A DNA stretch of 64,000 bases, taken from Escherichia phage vB_EcoM_JQD51. Positions within the stretch are counted from its first letter, which is position 1, and each line of letters opens with the position of its first letter. The position numbers and the translations under genes are program-made. The DNA lies in the sequence record PV204681, one strand, 5' to 3'. Below, piece by piece: positions 30,440-40,775 of this stretch. The notes beneath the pieces are model-generated. The model saw nothing but the letters and a program-made list of their open reading frames with translations, had not been told where the DNA came from and did no database searches.

Positions 30440-33400
30440 ATGGCTACATTAAAACAGATACAATTTAAAAGAAGCAAAGTAGCAGGAGTTAATCCTACTG
30501 CAGCACAATTAGCCGAAGGCGAATTAGCGATAAACTTAAAAGATCGAACTCTTTTTACTAAAGATGACCTCGGTAATATTATTAGCCTAGGCTTTGCTAA
30601 GGGCGGGGATATTAACGGTAATGTAACTCAAAATGGAGATTATTTACAGAACGGTACATATAATCTCAATGGAAACCAGTTTGTTTATGCAGGAAAATAT
30701 ATTGAATTTTTACCTAAAACTGCAGGCAATGGTGCTTGGGCTAACCAACATTTGAATAAAGCCCCTATCTTTACAGATTTAAGTTCAACTACTTCTGTTT
30801 CAGAATACCATCCGCTGATTAAACAACGCTATAAAGATGGAACTTTTTCTGCTGGTACATTAGTAAACGAAGGTAGTTTTAAATTCCATTATATTGATGA
30901 AACCGGGACTTCAAAATACTGGACTTTTAATCGAAACGGTAATTTTCAAGTTGATTCCGGAAGTTTATTAGTATCTAATGGATATTTAGTTACTCAAAGT
31001 AATATTGAAACTAAAGCTGGTTCTTTAATTGGTCCTAAAGTTATTACCAAAAATATCAATGTGAGCACTAAATCTTGGGACACTAATATTGATACTGCAT
31101 ATGATTTAGTTTCATTACCGACTTGGCAGTATACTCCAACCGAAACGGATTTGGATACTAATGGTATAAACTACCTTCGTAAATTCCGCGGACATGTTTC
31201 TTCTGCTATTTTCCATGAAGTTGCTGATGCTCGTTCAGGTAAACCACAGAATATTTCGTATTGGACGGGGCGTAATGCTGAAGTTTATCAATGGTCTTAT
31301 ACCACAGATGGGCGTATGTCTGTTGCTAATTCGATAGGTATAGGTCTTGCTGATGTTGGTGACCAAGGACGTTATCCATTGGTTTCGTTTGGTAAAGGTA
31401 TTGCAATTGGTGACAATGATACTGGTATTAAATGGGTTCGTGACGGGGTTATCGATTTAGTTGCGAATGGTATTTCTGCCGGCACTATTCTTAATAACGG
31501 TATTAACAGTACTAAAAAATTGATGGTTGGTTATAGTCGAGATTCTGGTTCTACTTGGGATTACCCAAATAACAACCAAGCAATGTTTACTGCGCGTACC
31601 GATGTTGATGGTAATAATAACGGTGACGGTCAGACTCATATCGGTTATAACAGTAATTCTAAAATGTATCACTATTTCCGTGGTACAGGTCGTATGGCTG
31701 TTGGTATGTCCCAAGGTCTCCTTGTTGAACCAGGAATTTTAGATATTAGCACTGGTTCAAATACATTAAGTTTGCGTGCTGACGGTACTGTTGCTTCTGT
31801 TCAAACGTTAAAGCTTAATAATGGATTATATTTTAATGGTGATGGAACTAATGCTTCTTTAGTTTTTAAAGCAGCTTCAGGTATTGATGGCACTAAGCAA
31901 ATTATGTGGGAAGGTGGTAAGCGTGCTGGTCAAAATAAAAGTTATGTGACAGCTAAAGCTTGGGGTAATTCATTTAACGCATCTGGCGATCGTAATCGTG
32001 AAACAGTTTTTGAAGTAGCTGACGGACAAGGTTATTATTTTTATGCGCAGCGTGTAGCTCCCGCTTCAGGATCTACTGTCGGACCAATTCAATTTAGAAT
32101 TGCTGGAGCATTATTAACCGGTGGTGGTATTACATCATCCGGCTCGATTGTTACGGAATCAAGTTTAGTTGCTAATAATGGAATGTCAGTAAATGGACAA
32201 GCTAAATTCGGTGGAACAGCTGATGCATTAAGAATTTGGAATGCCGAATATGGTGCTATTTTCCGTCGCTCAGAAGCAGCATTACATATTATCCCGACTC
32301 CTAAAGATGCTGGTGAAAGTGGTGGAATAAGTAATCTCCGCCCACTTAGTATTAGCCTTAATAATGGTATGGTGCAAATGCGTCATTCCGTCACGTTAGG
32401 TGATGATGGGTTAGGCGGCAATATGGTTACTGTTGATAATGATAGTAAACTTGTTGTTGTTACTAGTAATAGTCGCATTTCTCCTAATTATAATATGCAA
32501 TTAGGGCAAAACGCTTATATAGATATTCAGGCTTCTGACGGCGTTCGTCCAGCAGGGTGTGGTTCATTTGCATCTCAGAATGACGTAAACGTCAGAGCTC
32601 CGATTTATATGAATATAGAGCGTACTGCTACTTCTGAATATATTCCTATTGTTAAACAGCGTTATGTGCAAGGTGATAGCACTTATTCTATTGGGACATT
32701 AATTAATCAAGGAGATTTCCGTGTCCATTATCACCAGGGTACTAGTACTACCGGCACCGATTTAAGCTGGGAATTCCGTCGTAATGGTGATTTCCGCGCT
32801 AGTGGTAAAATTATTGCTGGTGCTGCTACTCTTGGTCATGATGGTAATATCACTGGTGGTTCTGGTAATTTTGCTAACTTAAACAGTACAATTGAATCAC
32901 TTAAAACTGATATTGTTTCAAGTTATCCTATTGGAGCTCCGATTCCTTGGCCTACTGATACACCTCCTGAAGGTTATGCCATAATGGAAGGTCAAACATT
33001 TGATGCTGGCTTGTATCCTAAGTTAGCTGCTGTGTATCCTTCAGGCACTCTGCCTGATATGCGTGGACAAACTATCAAGGGTAAACCATCTGGGCGTGCT
33101 GTATTAAGTACAGAAGAAGACGGTGTTAAGTCACATAGCCATAGTGCAAGTGCATCAAGCACAGATTTAGGTACTAAGACCACTTCTAGTTTTGATTACG
33201 GTAGCAAAACGACTTCAAGCTTTGATTATGGTACTAAGACCAGTAATAATACTGGTGCTCATACGCATAGTTTGAGCGGTTCCACAAACACCGCCGGTGC
33301 GCACAGCCACACAAGCGCTCTTTATGCGGGAAGTAACAACTCTCCTGGTACTGGTTCTATAAGAGGATCCGCCGGTGGTGGTAATACGCTTGGAACTTCT

Positions 33401-33625
33401 TCTTCTGGGGCACATTCGCACTCTATATCTGGTACTGCTGCAAGCGCAGGCGCTCACGCACATACTGTTGGTATTGGTGCTCATACCCATACAGTTGGTA
33501 TTGGTGCTCACACCCATTCAGTAGCAATTGGTTCACATGGGCATACAATAACTGTAAATAGTACAGGTAATACAGAAAACACGGTTAAAAACATTGCTTT
33601 TAACTATATCGTTCGTTTAGCATAA
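30440..33625 (+). CDS. 37: gp37 long tail fibre distal subunit (receptor-binding tip)
   Basis: 1061-aa ORF; C-terminal His-rich GxHxH repeat region (GAHTHSLSG...GAHSH...[33 protein letters not shown]) typical of T4-type gp37 tips. Confidence 0.9.
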   Translation: MATLKQIQFKRSKVAGVNPTAAQLAEGELAINLKDRTLFTKDDLGNIISLGFAKGGDINGNVTQNGDYLQNGTYNLNGNQFVYAGKYIEFLPKTAGNGAWANQHLNKAPIFTDLSSTTSVSEYHPLIKQRYKDGTFSAGTLVNEGSFKFHYIDETGTSKYWTFNRNGNFQVDSGSLLVSNGYLVTQSNIETKAGSLIGPKVITKNINVSTKSWDTNIDTAYDLVSLPTWQYTPTETDLDTNGINYLRKFRGHVSSAIFHEVADARSGKPQNISYWTGRNAEVYQWSYTTDGRMSVANSIGIGLADVGDQGRYPLVSFGKGIAIGDNDTGIKWVRDGVIDLVANGISAGTILNNGINSTKKLMVGYSRDSGSTWDYPNNNQAMFTARTDVDGNNNGDGQTHIGYNSNSKMYHYFRGTGRMAVGMSQGLLVEPGILDISTGSNTLSLRADGTVASVQTLKLNNGLYFNGDGTNASLVFKAASGIDGTKQIMWEGGKRAGQNKSYVTAKAWGNSFNASGDRNRETVFEVADGQGYYFYAQRVAPASGSTVGPIQFRIAGALLTGGGITSSGSIVTESSLVANNGMSVNGQAKFGGTADALRIWNAEYGAIFRRSEAALHIIPTPKDAGESGGISNLRPLSISLNNGMVQMRHSVTLGDDGLGGNMVTVDNDSKLVVVTSNSRISPNYNMQLGQNAYIDIQASDGVRPAGCGSFASQNDVNVRAPIYMNIERTATSEYIPIVKQRYVQGDSTYSIGTLINQGDFRVHYHQGTSTTGTDLSWEFRRNGDFRASGKIIAGAATLGHDGNITGGSGNFANLNSTIESLKTDIVSSYPIGAPIPWPTDTPPEGYAIMEGQTFDAGLYPKLAAVYPSGTLPDMRGQTIKGKPSGRAVLSTEEDGVKSHSHSASASSTDLGTKTTSSFDYGSKTTSSFDYGTKTSNNTGAHTHSLSGSTNTAGAHSHTSALYAGSNNSPGTGSIRGSAGGGNTLGTSSSGAHSHSISGTAASAGAHAHTVGIGAHTHTVGIGAHTHSVAIGSHGHTITVNSTGNTENTVKNIAFNYIVRLA

Positions 33626-33628
33626 GGA

Positions 33629-33646
33629 GAGGGGCTTCGGCCCCTT
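33629..33646 (+). terminator. UUCG-tetraloop hairpin between 37 and 38 (weak U-tract; possible attenuator or RNA stabiliser)
   Basis: GAGGGGC-ttcg-GCCCCTT inverted repeat. Confidence 0.45.
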
Positions 33647-33652
33647 CTAAAT

Positions 33653-34204
33653 ATGAAAATATATCATTATTATTTTGACACTAAAGAATTTTACAAAGAA
33701 GAAAATTACAAACCGGTTAAAGGTCTTGGTCTTCCCGCTCATTCAACAATTAAAAAACCTTTAGACCCTAAAGAAGGCTATGCTGTTGTATTTGATGAAC
33801 GCGAACAAGAATGGGTATATGTTGAAGACCATCGTGGAAAAACAGTATGGACTTATGATAAGCAAAAAATTGTTATTGACACCCCAGGTGCTCTTCAAAA
33901 TGTTACTACAGAAGAACCTGGTGAATTTGACATTTGGACCGACGACGGGTGGAAGGAAGATGAAGCATATAAACGCGTAGTTCAACGTGATAAGAAAATT
34001 CATGAACTCTATAAATTATTCAGTGTTTTAAGTTCTCTTATTGACGCAGAGGTTGCTAATAGAGAAGAAAAACGAAAATTTAAAGAGCTCAAAAAATTCT
34101 TTGCCCTTTTAGAAAAACATGAACATCTTGGCGGTGAATTCCCTAAATTCCCTGACCTTGAAAACAAATCTATTATCAAAGCGATTATAAATATCTTTAA
34201 GTAA
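33653..34204 (+). CDS. 38: gp38 tail-fibre assembly chaperone (T4 type)
   Basis: 183-aa ORF (T4 gp38 183 aa); N-terminal MKIYHYYFDTKEFYKEENYKPVKGLGLPAHSTIKKP as remembered for T4. Confidence 0.88.
   Translation: MKIYHYYFDTKEFYKEENYKPVKGLGLPAHSTIKKPLDPKEGYAVVFDEREQEWVYVEDHRGKTVWTYDKQKIVIDTPGALQNVTTEEPGEFDIWTDDGWKEDEAYKRVVQRDKKIHELYKLFSVLSSLIDAEVANREEKRKFKELKKFFALLEKHEHLGGEFPKFPDLENKSIIKAIINIFK
34186..34193 (+). promoter_or_regulatory. Late promoter TATAAATA for holin gene t (inside 3' end of gene 38)
   Basis: Exact TATAAATA 20 nt upstream of t ATG. Confidence 0.6.
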
Positions 34205-34213
34205 GGAGGTATT

Positions 34214-34873
34214 ATGGCGACACCAAAAGTATCATTTTCACTTAGTGATATTCTATTTGGGTTGCTAGATCGTATTTTCAAAGATAACGCTACTGGAAAG
34301 GTTTTAATGTCCCGAGTAGCGGTAATTATTCTTTTGTTCCTAATGGCACTAATATGGTACAAAGGAAGTATTTTGCTGGATTATTACGTAAGAGCTAAGT
34401 ATGATACTTATACTGAAATAATCCAAAAAGAACGAGCTTTACGTTTTGAATCTGCGGCTCTAGAACAACTGCAAATAGTTCATATCTCATCTGGTGCAGA
34501 TTTTAGTGCTGTGTATTCTTTCAGACCTAAAAACTTAAATTATTTTGTCGACCTTATAGCTTATGAAGGCAAACTACCTAGCACAATTTCTGAAAAGTCC
34601 CTTGGCGGATTCCCGGTGGATAAAACGGCCAATGAATATATAATTCATTTAAGTGGCCGTCATTTCTCATCTAAATCAGAATTTGCATTTTTGCCTACAA
34701 AATCTAAGACTGCCGAACTTTCTTATATGTATAGTTGTCCATACTTTAATTTGGATAACATCTATGCCGGAACTGTGACGATGTATTGGTATAAGGGGAG
34801 TAATATACTTGAGGAGGATCGCTTAGCGGCTATATGCAACCAAGCGGTCCGAATACTAGGAAGGGCCAAATAA
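34214..34873 (+). CDS. t: Holin T
   Basis: 219-aa ORF (T4 T 218 aa); N-terminal TM segment and large periplasmic domain; collinear. Confidence 0.92.
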   Translation: MATPKVSFSLSDILFGLLDRIFKDNATGKVLMSRVAVIILLFLMALIWYKGSILLDYYVRAKYDTYTEIIQKERALRFESAALEQLQIVHISSGADFSAVYSFRPKNLNYFVDLIAYEGKLPSTISEKSLGGFPVDKTANEYIIHLSGRHFSSKSEFAFLPTKSKTAELSYMYSCPYFNLDNIYAGTVTMYWYKGSNILEEDRLAAICNQAVRILGRAK

Positions 34874-35146
34874 TTAGTTGTTAGAATACATCGCTAAATG
34901 ACGATAAATATTTTCAAAACCTTCGTTGAATTCACTAATCAGTGTTTTCTTTTCTTCGGCAGTTAAATTTGTAATTAGTTTTCTGAACGAATTCTGATTT
35001 AGCTGCCGACCATCTTTTTTAATTCCAATCTCATTCAAGAATCCGATGAAACTTGCTCGGTCTTCAACAATATCTTCCCTAGAGAATTTAATCAAAATAG
35101 AAGCAATAGTAATAATTTCACGTACGATTTCAATGTCTTTATTCAT
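34874..35146 (-). CDS. asiA: Anti-sigma70 factor AsiA
   Basis: 90-aa ORF (T4 AsiA 90 aa), collinear; convergent with t, stop codons abut. Confidence 0.88.
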   Translation of the reverse strand: MNKDIEIVREIITIASILIKFSREDIVEDRASFIGFLNEIGIKKDGRQLNQNSFRKLITNLTAEEKKTLISEFNEGFENIYRHLAMYSNN

Positions 35147-35192
35147 AACGTTTTATTCATTCCACTTAATTGATAAGAGTATAGTACCATTA

Positions 35193-35408
35193 TCAGTGTT
35201 GATTGTAAATGGCTTTTTCTACGCTTTTAACGTAATTGGTGTAGTCTTCCTGTTCGTACGAGTGTAAGGCCAAGAACGGAACTAATAGTTCATTATAGAC
35301 TAAAGCCTCACGCTCACGTTCGGCCTCTACTACGTTCTGAAGATTATGACTCATATCGTTCCTTATAACTATCAATATAGTCCTGTATGTCGAAGAACGA
35401 CATTTCAT
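35193..35408 (-). CDS. Hypothetical small protein
   Basis: 71-aa ORF; start uncertain, overlaps neighbour. Confidence 0.3.
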   Translation of the reverse strand: MKCRSSTYRTILIVIRNDMSHNLQNVVEAEREREALVYNELLVPFLALHSYEQEDYTNYVKSVEKAIYNQH

Positions 35409-35643
35409 ATTCTAGGGCATTAAGAGCCCGTTCTTCAGTATAGTCAGAACCAAAGACGATAGTGATTTCGCCAGGCTTCATGTGATTGAAATCAACACTA
35501 AAAGGAATACGAGAACATACTTCGTCTGCCATATCTGCAACAACACTACGATATACTTCTAGGTTAACCTGATAAAGCTCTGCAAGTTCTTCGCATCGAA
35601 TAACAAGTTCAGTTGCAGGATTTTCTTTGATTTTAGTAAGCAT
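35344..35643 (-). CDS. Acidic hypothetical protein (possible Arn-like DNA mimic, by position only)
   Basis: 99-aa Asp/Glu-rich ORF near asiA. Confidence 0.35.
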   Translation of the reverse strand: MLTKIKENPATELVIRCEELAELYQVNLEVYRSVVADMADEVCSRIPFSVDFNHMKPGEITIVFGSDYTEERALNALEYEMSFFDIQDYIDSYKERYES

Positions 35644-35717
35644 AGTCTTTACCCTTATGTTTTTGTTTACGTTTAGATTGAAGTTCTGATTTCTTCTTGT
35701 CCTTATGAACAGAAGCC

Positions 35718-35945
35718 TTATTGAAATCGTGTTTTGCTACAAGATTGTTCATAATGCTTTATAACCTCGTTTAAACATTTATCGGTAAAAGAAAACTTTT
35801 TAGCCACAGAACATTCGATAATGTGCTCTTTCAAATCTTTAGAGTCAGTGTATCCCATCTCAGTAATAAAGTGGCGAATTAAAGCTTTATTCTTATCATT
35901 AACAGAATTAAAATAATCTGCTTTAGAATCAATTATTCTCATCAT
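35718..35945 (-). CDS. Hypothetical protein
   Basis: 75-aa ORF. Confidence 0.4.
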   Translation of the reverse strand: MMRIIDSKADYFNSVNDKNKALIRHFITEMGYTDSKDLKEHIIECSVAKKFSFTDKCLNEVIKHYEQSCSKTRFQ

Positions 35946-36210
35946 CTAATTTCCTTAATTGATATTGCAACGAGCTAATAATTTCTTCGTTCATTTTAAT
36001 ATACATGTCACGCAAGAAAGGTTTTAACCCATCACGAATAATTGCTAATGTATCACCTTTACATAAATTAACCAAATAAGGATGGTCTAAAGCGTCCCAA
36101 CCAGGCTGATTAGCATACATACCATAGTTTTCTTCCATCATATGATTAAGACGTTTGATATCTTGGATACGTGATTCAATAGCATCTTTCTGGAGTTGTT
36201 TAATATTCAT
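35929..36210 (-). CDS. Hypothetical protein
   Basis: 93-aa ORF. Confidence 0.4.
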   Translation of the reverse strand: MNIKQLQKDAIESRIQDIKRLNHMMEENYGMYANQPGWDALDHPYLVNLCKGDTLAIIRDGLKPFLRDMYIKMNEEIISSLQYQLRKLDDENN

Positions 36211-36671
36211 TAATAAAGGTCCTCTGAATAAAGTTCTTTCTCACTTCCGCCACGTTCAATACGTACCTGTCCAGCATACGTTGCAATAATCATTGCTTCT
36301 TCACGAGTCCAGTAATTAGAGTATTGGTCGATAAAGCCTTGGTCGTCACCACAAACTTGTTGCGAGACTAATTGAGGACCAACTATATCAAGTACTTCAG
36401 CCATATCTTTAGAGTAATGACGAACTCCAGGAATAACCAGAGTTCCACCACTCTTCAATTTAAACCTATTAGCTGCACATACTATAACACGTTGAACTTT
36501 TTGGTCATTATTCCAATAGCACGTTTGCCAACAGATTTCAGGAACTTCATTCATTATATCATCAGCAGAATAATTATAACCGTAGGACTGGAATTTTTCT
36601 GCTAGACTTTCAGGGGTCTCACGAGACAAGGCCAAATCTAATAGCTCTAAACGTTCTTTAAATGATTTCAT
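36210..36671 (-). CDS. Hypothetical protein
   Basis: 153-aa ORF, start/stop-coupled to neighbours. Confidence 0.45.
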   Translation of the reverse strand: MKSFKERLELLDLALSRETPESLAEKFQSYGYNYSADDIMNEVPEICWQTCYWNNDQKVQRVIVCAANRFKLKSGGTLVIPGVRHYSKDMAEVLDIVGPQLVSQQVCGDDQGFIDQYSNYWTREEAMIIATYAGQVRIERGGSEKELYSEDLY

Positions 36672-37012
36672 TTAAACCATTCCTTAATACGTTGCCAAAT
36701 AGATTTTTGTGCTTGTTTATTTACACCAATCGAACGAATAACCGGTTGTGACTGCTGATATTCTTTATAATCTTCTTTATAGATTTCGTAAGCTGCATCA
36801 ACAAATGAACTGATCGCTGCCATAAAGTTTTTACGTATACCGCCAGGAGCTACTCCATTAGGGAATTCAGAATTTTCGCGAATAATTAAATATAACCCAG
36901 CTTTAATCTTTACAATTGTCCCTAAATAAGCCCCGTGGTACCAAATATCCCATCCTTCCTGAGTAGGTTCTGCACATTTACGAAGTTCGTTAATAATATT
37001 CAGCTTATTCAT
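36668..37012 (-). CDS. Hypothetical protein
   Basis: 114-aa ORF directly downstream of motA. Confidence 0.45.
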   Translation of the reverse strand: MNKLNIINELRKCAEPTQEGWDIWYHGAYLGTIVKIKAGLYLIIRENSEFPNGVAPGGIRKNFMAAISSFVDAAYEIYKEDYKEYQQSQPVIRSIGVNKQAQKSIWQRIKEWFK

Positions 37013-37022
37013 TATGTATTCC

Positions 37023-37655
37023 TCACAGTACGTTAGTTACAAGGGTAATGATTTCTTTGGACACATTAGGGAAGTCAATGTAAGTATATTTACCACCGAT
37101 CTTAATCTTAACATCGTTTTCAAGAGAAGTAAACAGTTTTGATTCAGTTTCTGACATGTTGTATGCAAATATTCTAAGACAACCATCTCGACGAATTTCG
37201 ATCTGACGAATACCTAGAACTCGTTTTGCAAATCGAACTTCCAAGTTACTACGGTTTTCACCAATTTCTTTAACTTCAACTTTGTCTTTAATATTTTCAA
37301 AAACAAAGTTTGCTAATTCATGCATTTCAGGAGTAACTCCACGTGCTTTTCTAGTGTTACGTTTCTGAAGAAGTTCTGGAGCATTTTCTTGGGCAAAGAG
37401 GTCTGCAGCTTTTTGGATAATATCCATTGCTTCGCCTGTTGCTATAAGTCCATCACCAGATTTTTCGACTAAACCTTTCTTAATCAATACACCAATGTTA
37501 GAGTTAACAACCGATGCATTGTATTCCGCTTCCAGAGCTTCACGGACATTGGCAGCAGTGGTGAAGTTGTTCTTAATGATATAAACCATTATTGCAGCAG
37601 TTTTTTCATTCAGAGCATTTTCAGAAGCTTTGATGATGTAAGTAACTTTAGACAT
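37023..37655 (-). CDS. motA: MotA middle-transcription activator
   Basis: 210-aa ORF (T4 MotA 211 aa) upstream of 52-region terminator. Confidence 0.8.
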   Translation of the reverse strand: MSKVTYIIKASENALNEKTAAIMVYIIKNNFTTAANVREALEAEYNASVVNSNIGVLIKKGLVEKSGDGLIATGEAMDIIQKAADLFAQENAPELLQKRNTRKARGVTPEMHELANFVFENIKDKVEVKEIGENRSNLEVRFAKRVLGIRQIEIRRDGCLRIFAYNMSETESKLFTSLENDVKIKIGGKYTYIDFPNVSKEIITLVTNVL

Positions 37656-37742
37656 TTTATTTCTCCAATTCGGTTGTTTTGTTTTGATAGGTCTATAATA
37701 TCATGTTTGAAGCACATGTAAACTGTTTTGTGAGAAAAATGC

Positions 37743-37764
37743 ACAAAAGGGAGCCGAAGCTCCC
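37743..37764 (-). terminator. Intrinsic terminator after gene 52 (GGGAGC-uucg-GCUCCC + U4)
   Basis: Inverted repeat 37749-37764, A-run 37745-37748. Confidence 0.75.
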
Positions 37765-37845
37765 TAATCATGTTTGTCCAACCAATACAGCCAAATCACT
37801 AGTGCAGCTATTGCACCGAGAAATCCTAAGGCTAGGCTAGGGCAC

Positions 37846-39171
37846 TCAAAGTGCCTCCAAGTCTTTAGTGTACTCTGTCACAACATCAGTAGACTTCCAA
37901 TACTCATTTTCTTCTTTCTTAGCTTTAGCTTCTTCCGCCAGTTTACGTGCTTCGTCGGAAGTGATATGGAAGATGTTAAGGCCTACCAGTTTATCGACAT
38001 GTTCTTTATACATTTCGATTTGTGCTAGCTCTTCAGTCAAAGCTTTACGAGTCTTGCCCTGAATCACAATTTCACCTGTAATAACTTTTTTGATGAAGTG
38101 TGCCTTAGCAAAAGCCAGTTTAAATGCTTTTTCAGATTCAAGGATTTTGTTGTCAATACGTTTCTGAACGTAAGTCTTACGGACTTCAACAAAATCTTTG
38201 ATTAAGTCCACTACGTTATCGTAGACCGCTAATTTACCTTTTTCATTAATCACTGTGATGTTTTGTGAACGGCGTTCGATGAGACTAAAATCTTTCATGA
38301 TTTTTTCATGACGTAGCTCTTCATCATCAGGAAGCGAATACTCTTTACGGAACTTCACCTTAAACCCAAAGCCATGTTCACCGCAATCATCTTCCCATGA
38401 GATTAGACCTTTGTCTTCCAACGGGTCAAGAACCTTACTCACATACGTTTCACGGTCGAATTTATACGGGATTTCAGTTATCTGCATTTGAGTGCGAGAT
38501 GTGAACTTATATGTTCCGTGAATCTCATAACGCCCATCAACTTCATGTACTTCACCACGGAATTCCGGGAATTCAACTTTTGGCTTAGTGACATTTTTAC
38601 CTTGAAGAGCTTGTAATACAGCCTTTTTGACTGATTTAAAACTATGAGGCAGAATATTTGTTGCGTAACCGGTTGCAATACCAGAGACGCCATTCAAAAG
38701 AACTGTCGGAATAATAGGAAGATAGAATTTTGGCGGAATGTGTTCTTTATCTTCATGAGCTGGAGCATATTCAGTATCTTTATATACGTTATAGAAATTT
38801 TTACTTACACGAGCAAAAATATAACGAGATGCTGCAGCTTTTTGGACTGTTCTAGAACCAAAGTTGCCTTGGCCATCTAACAACGGATAGTTGTTGTTCC
38901 ATGTGTTAGCCATCAATGCACCTGCATCTTGTGCAGAAGATTCGCCATGATGATAACCTAAATCTGCAACACCTCCTGCAATTGACGCAAGTTTATGAAA
39001 TTTTTCTTTATTACCACGAGCCAAATCTAACGCACGATGAACCACAAAACGTTGAACCGGCTTAAATCCATCAATCATGTTTGGGATTGCACGGTTTTCA
39101 ACGGTGTACATCGCATATGCTAAGGCTTCGTTATCAATAATACTTTTTAGATTACGAGAATTCAATTGCAT
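37846..39171 (-). CDS. 52: gp52 topoisomerase II medium subunit (GyrA-like)
   Basis: 441-aa ORF (T4 442 aa); N-terminal MQLN.R.LKSIIDNEALAYAMYTVENRAIPNMIDGFKPVQR gyrase-A-type motif. Confidence 0.93.
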   Translation of the reverse strand: MQLNSRNLKSIIDNEALAYAMYTVENRAIPNMIDGFKPVQRFVVHRALDLARGNKEKFHKLASIAGGVADLGYHHGESSAQDAGALMANTWNNNYPLLDGQGNFGSRTVQKAAASRYIFARVSKNFYNVYKDTEYAPAHEDKEHIPPKFYLPIIPTVLLNGVSGIATGYATNILPHSFKSVKKAVLQALQGKNVTKPKVEFPEFRGEVHEVDGRYEIHGTYKFTSRTQMQITEIPYKFDRETYVSKVLDPLEDKGLISWEDDCGEHGFGFKVKFRKEYSLPDDEELRHEKIMKDFSLIERRSQNITVINEKGKLAVYDNVVDLIKDFVEVRKTYVQKRIDNKILESEKAFKLAFAKAHFIKKVITGEIVIQGKTRKALTEELAQIEMYKEHVDKLVGLNIFHITSDEARKLAEEAKAKKEENEYWKSTDVVTEYTKDLEAL

Positions 39172-39271
39172 ATTTTCACCATATTAATGAACGAATAACC
39201 ATTATAACATCTGAAATGAAAAGCACTACTTGGATTAGCCCAAACATCACACCGTAGTACAGAACCGTAAG

Positions 39272-39295
39272 CAAAAACAAGAGCCCGAAGGCTCC
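39272..39295 (-). terminator. Intrinsic terminator (GAGCC-uucg-GGCUC + U-rich)
   Basis: Inverted repeat 39281-39294 with cgaa loop. Confidence 0.65.
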
Positions 39296-39313
39296 TGCTA
39301 AGATTTTCTTAAT

Positions 39314-39462
39314 CATTGCTCGCCTTTTAATACGTTAAGAAGAGCTAAGACCGCTAAGGTACCTTGTGACACAGCCTGTTGAAATACTGTTGTTTCGCCT
39401 GTAACTAAAGTGTTAACGAATAAAAACGACCAACACAGCAATGCAATAATCCATGCTACCAT
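39314..39462 (-). pseudogene. ac: ac-like small hydrophobic ORF, apparently frame-disrupted at an A5/T5 homopolymer
   Basis: Best SD-led ATG (39462) opens an 18-codon frame; a 46-codon hydrophobic frame continues from 39454 to 39314; adding one T in the T5 run would join them into about 49 aa (T4 Ac about 51 aa). Confidence 0.3.
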
Positions 39463-39514
39463 TTTAATTACCTCAAAAATAAATTAAAGGCCTAACTTAA
39501 TAGGCCCGTATAAA

Positions 39515-39961
39515 TTAGTAACTCTGCAGAACGAATTTGAAATTATCTGCCAGAAGACGGTTCATTTCAGTGAGTGTTTGATATTCTGATGTATGGTTGC
39601 GAGTGAATGCCAGAGCCAATTGACCTTTACCATAACCAGTGGTCAGAGGTTTCATGTTCTTAGCTGCAACAAAGATTACATCATATTCAATATTGTTAGT
39701 GCCCATAGTACGGGCTAGTTGCGAACGGCCTTGACGAATGTGAGAAAGAATTGCATCCAACCCTTGTTTAGAACGTTGACGTCCTACAAAGAATCGTGCT
39801 GCTACTTGACGCCAGTCAGATGAACCTTTAACGAAGAAGTAAAAACCTTCACGAGAACGAAACTCTTTAGAAACTTCAGAACCGTATTCGCCATTACGAA
39901 CTACTGCAACAACTTCACCGCCAACTGCCAGAAGGTCTTTACGAGTTAAATATTTGGACAT
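39515..39961 (-). CDS. ndd: Ndd nucleoid disruption protein
   Basis: 148-aa ORF; C-terminal RSQLART...[41 protein letters not shown] as in T4 Ndd. Confidence 0.82.
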   Translation of the reverse strand: MSKYLTRKDLLAVGGEVVAVVRNGEYGSEVSKEFRSREGFYFFVKGSSDWRQVAARFFVGRQRSKQGLDAILSHIRQGRSQLARTMGTNNIEYDVIFVAAKNMKPLTTGYGKGQLALAFTRNHTSEYQTLTEMNRLLADNFKFVLQSY

Positions 39962-40005
39962 GCTAATTTCCTCAATTGATTAATGTTTTTGTAATCCATG
40001 AGAGC

Positions 40006-40035
40006 ATTATACTCTGCTCTCAAGAGTTTGTACAA
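40006..40035 (-). promoter_or_regulatory. Early promoter for ndd with dyad gagagca...tgctctc around the -10
   Basis: Plus attata (40006-40011) and ttgtac-type -35; 7-bp inverted repeat flanks the -10. Confidence 0.5.
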
Positions 40036-40037
40036 TT

Positions 40038-40238
40038 TTATTCGGCTATATCAGAACGTTCAAAAAGCTCTTCAACAGTTAAACATTCAGTGTCATCTTC
40101 AATAAAGAATCGAGTCCAACACGTTGGGGCGATACAGTTATGAGTTTGTCCGGCGATAGAAGCTACACGAATAAGCTGCTGACCATTATTCAGAACAAAT
40201 TTTTCACCAATTTCAACATCTTTAAAAAGCTTAGCCAT
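40038..40238 (-). CDS. Hypothetical protein (ndd.x position)
   Basis: 66-aa ORF. Confidence 0.4.
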   Translation of the reverse strand: MAKLFKDVEIGEKFVLNNGQQLIRVASIAGQTHNCIAPTCWTRFFIEDDTECLTVEELFERSDIAE

Positions 40239-40485
40239 TTTGTGTTCCTCATGTTTCAGTAGGACTACTATACCATAATCCTACCTTGTTGTAAACAATT
40301 AAATTACATTAAAATATGTTAAAGCCAACCATGATCCAGTGAACGAACATGCGATGTAAAAACCCGTATCACAAATTGTTCTTAGTACAATAAGTGCATT
40401 TTTCATAAGTACCTCAATACAATTGAAAATACTATACAAATCATAGGGATACTAAGCAACCATATTCCGATCCACATTTTAGAGC

Positions 40486-40749
40486 TCATATCTCAACTTC
40501 CGCGAGTTCCATATATCCTTTGTTGATAACCTCTTTAAGGTCTTTAGAAAGAATAACACTAAAATGGTCGTTCATATGTCCATTAACCAGACGAGTTATT
40601 TCGGCTTCAGATGACATATAAGGCACGTCTGAGTCCCAATGAGATAGACCCAAATGGGTATAAATCATCCCTTCGTCATCTGCAGTGTTGTACATTGAAA
40701 CAAATTCGCCTGTTACTTTATGTTTTGCGTAGAAAAATTTAAATTTCAT
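40486..40749 (-). CDS. Hypothetical protein (ndd.x position)
   Basis: 87-aa ORF. Confidence 0.45.
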   Translation of the reverse strand: MKFKFFYAKHKVTGEFVSMYNTADDEGMIYTHLGLSHWDSDVPYMSSEAEITRLVNGHMNDHFSVILSKDLKEVINKGYMELAEVEI

Positions 40750-40775
40750 GATGTTATCCTCTTTTAGATAGGACT

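Noticed and set aside
33160-33560. Short direct repeats in the gp37 3' region as a possible CRISPR-like array
   Set aside because: Repeats are in-frame codon-level repeats inside a continuous ORF (His-x-His and [10 protein letters not shown] peptide repeats), not spacer-repeat units.
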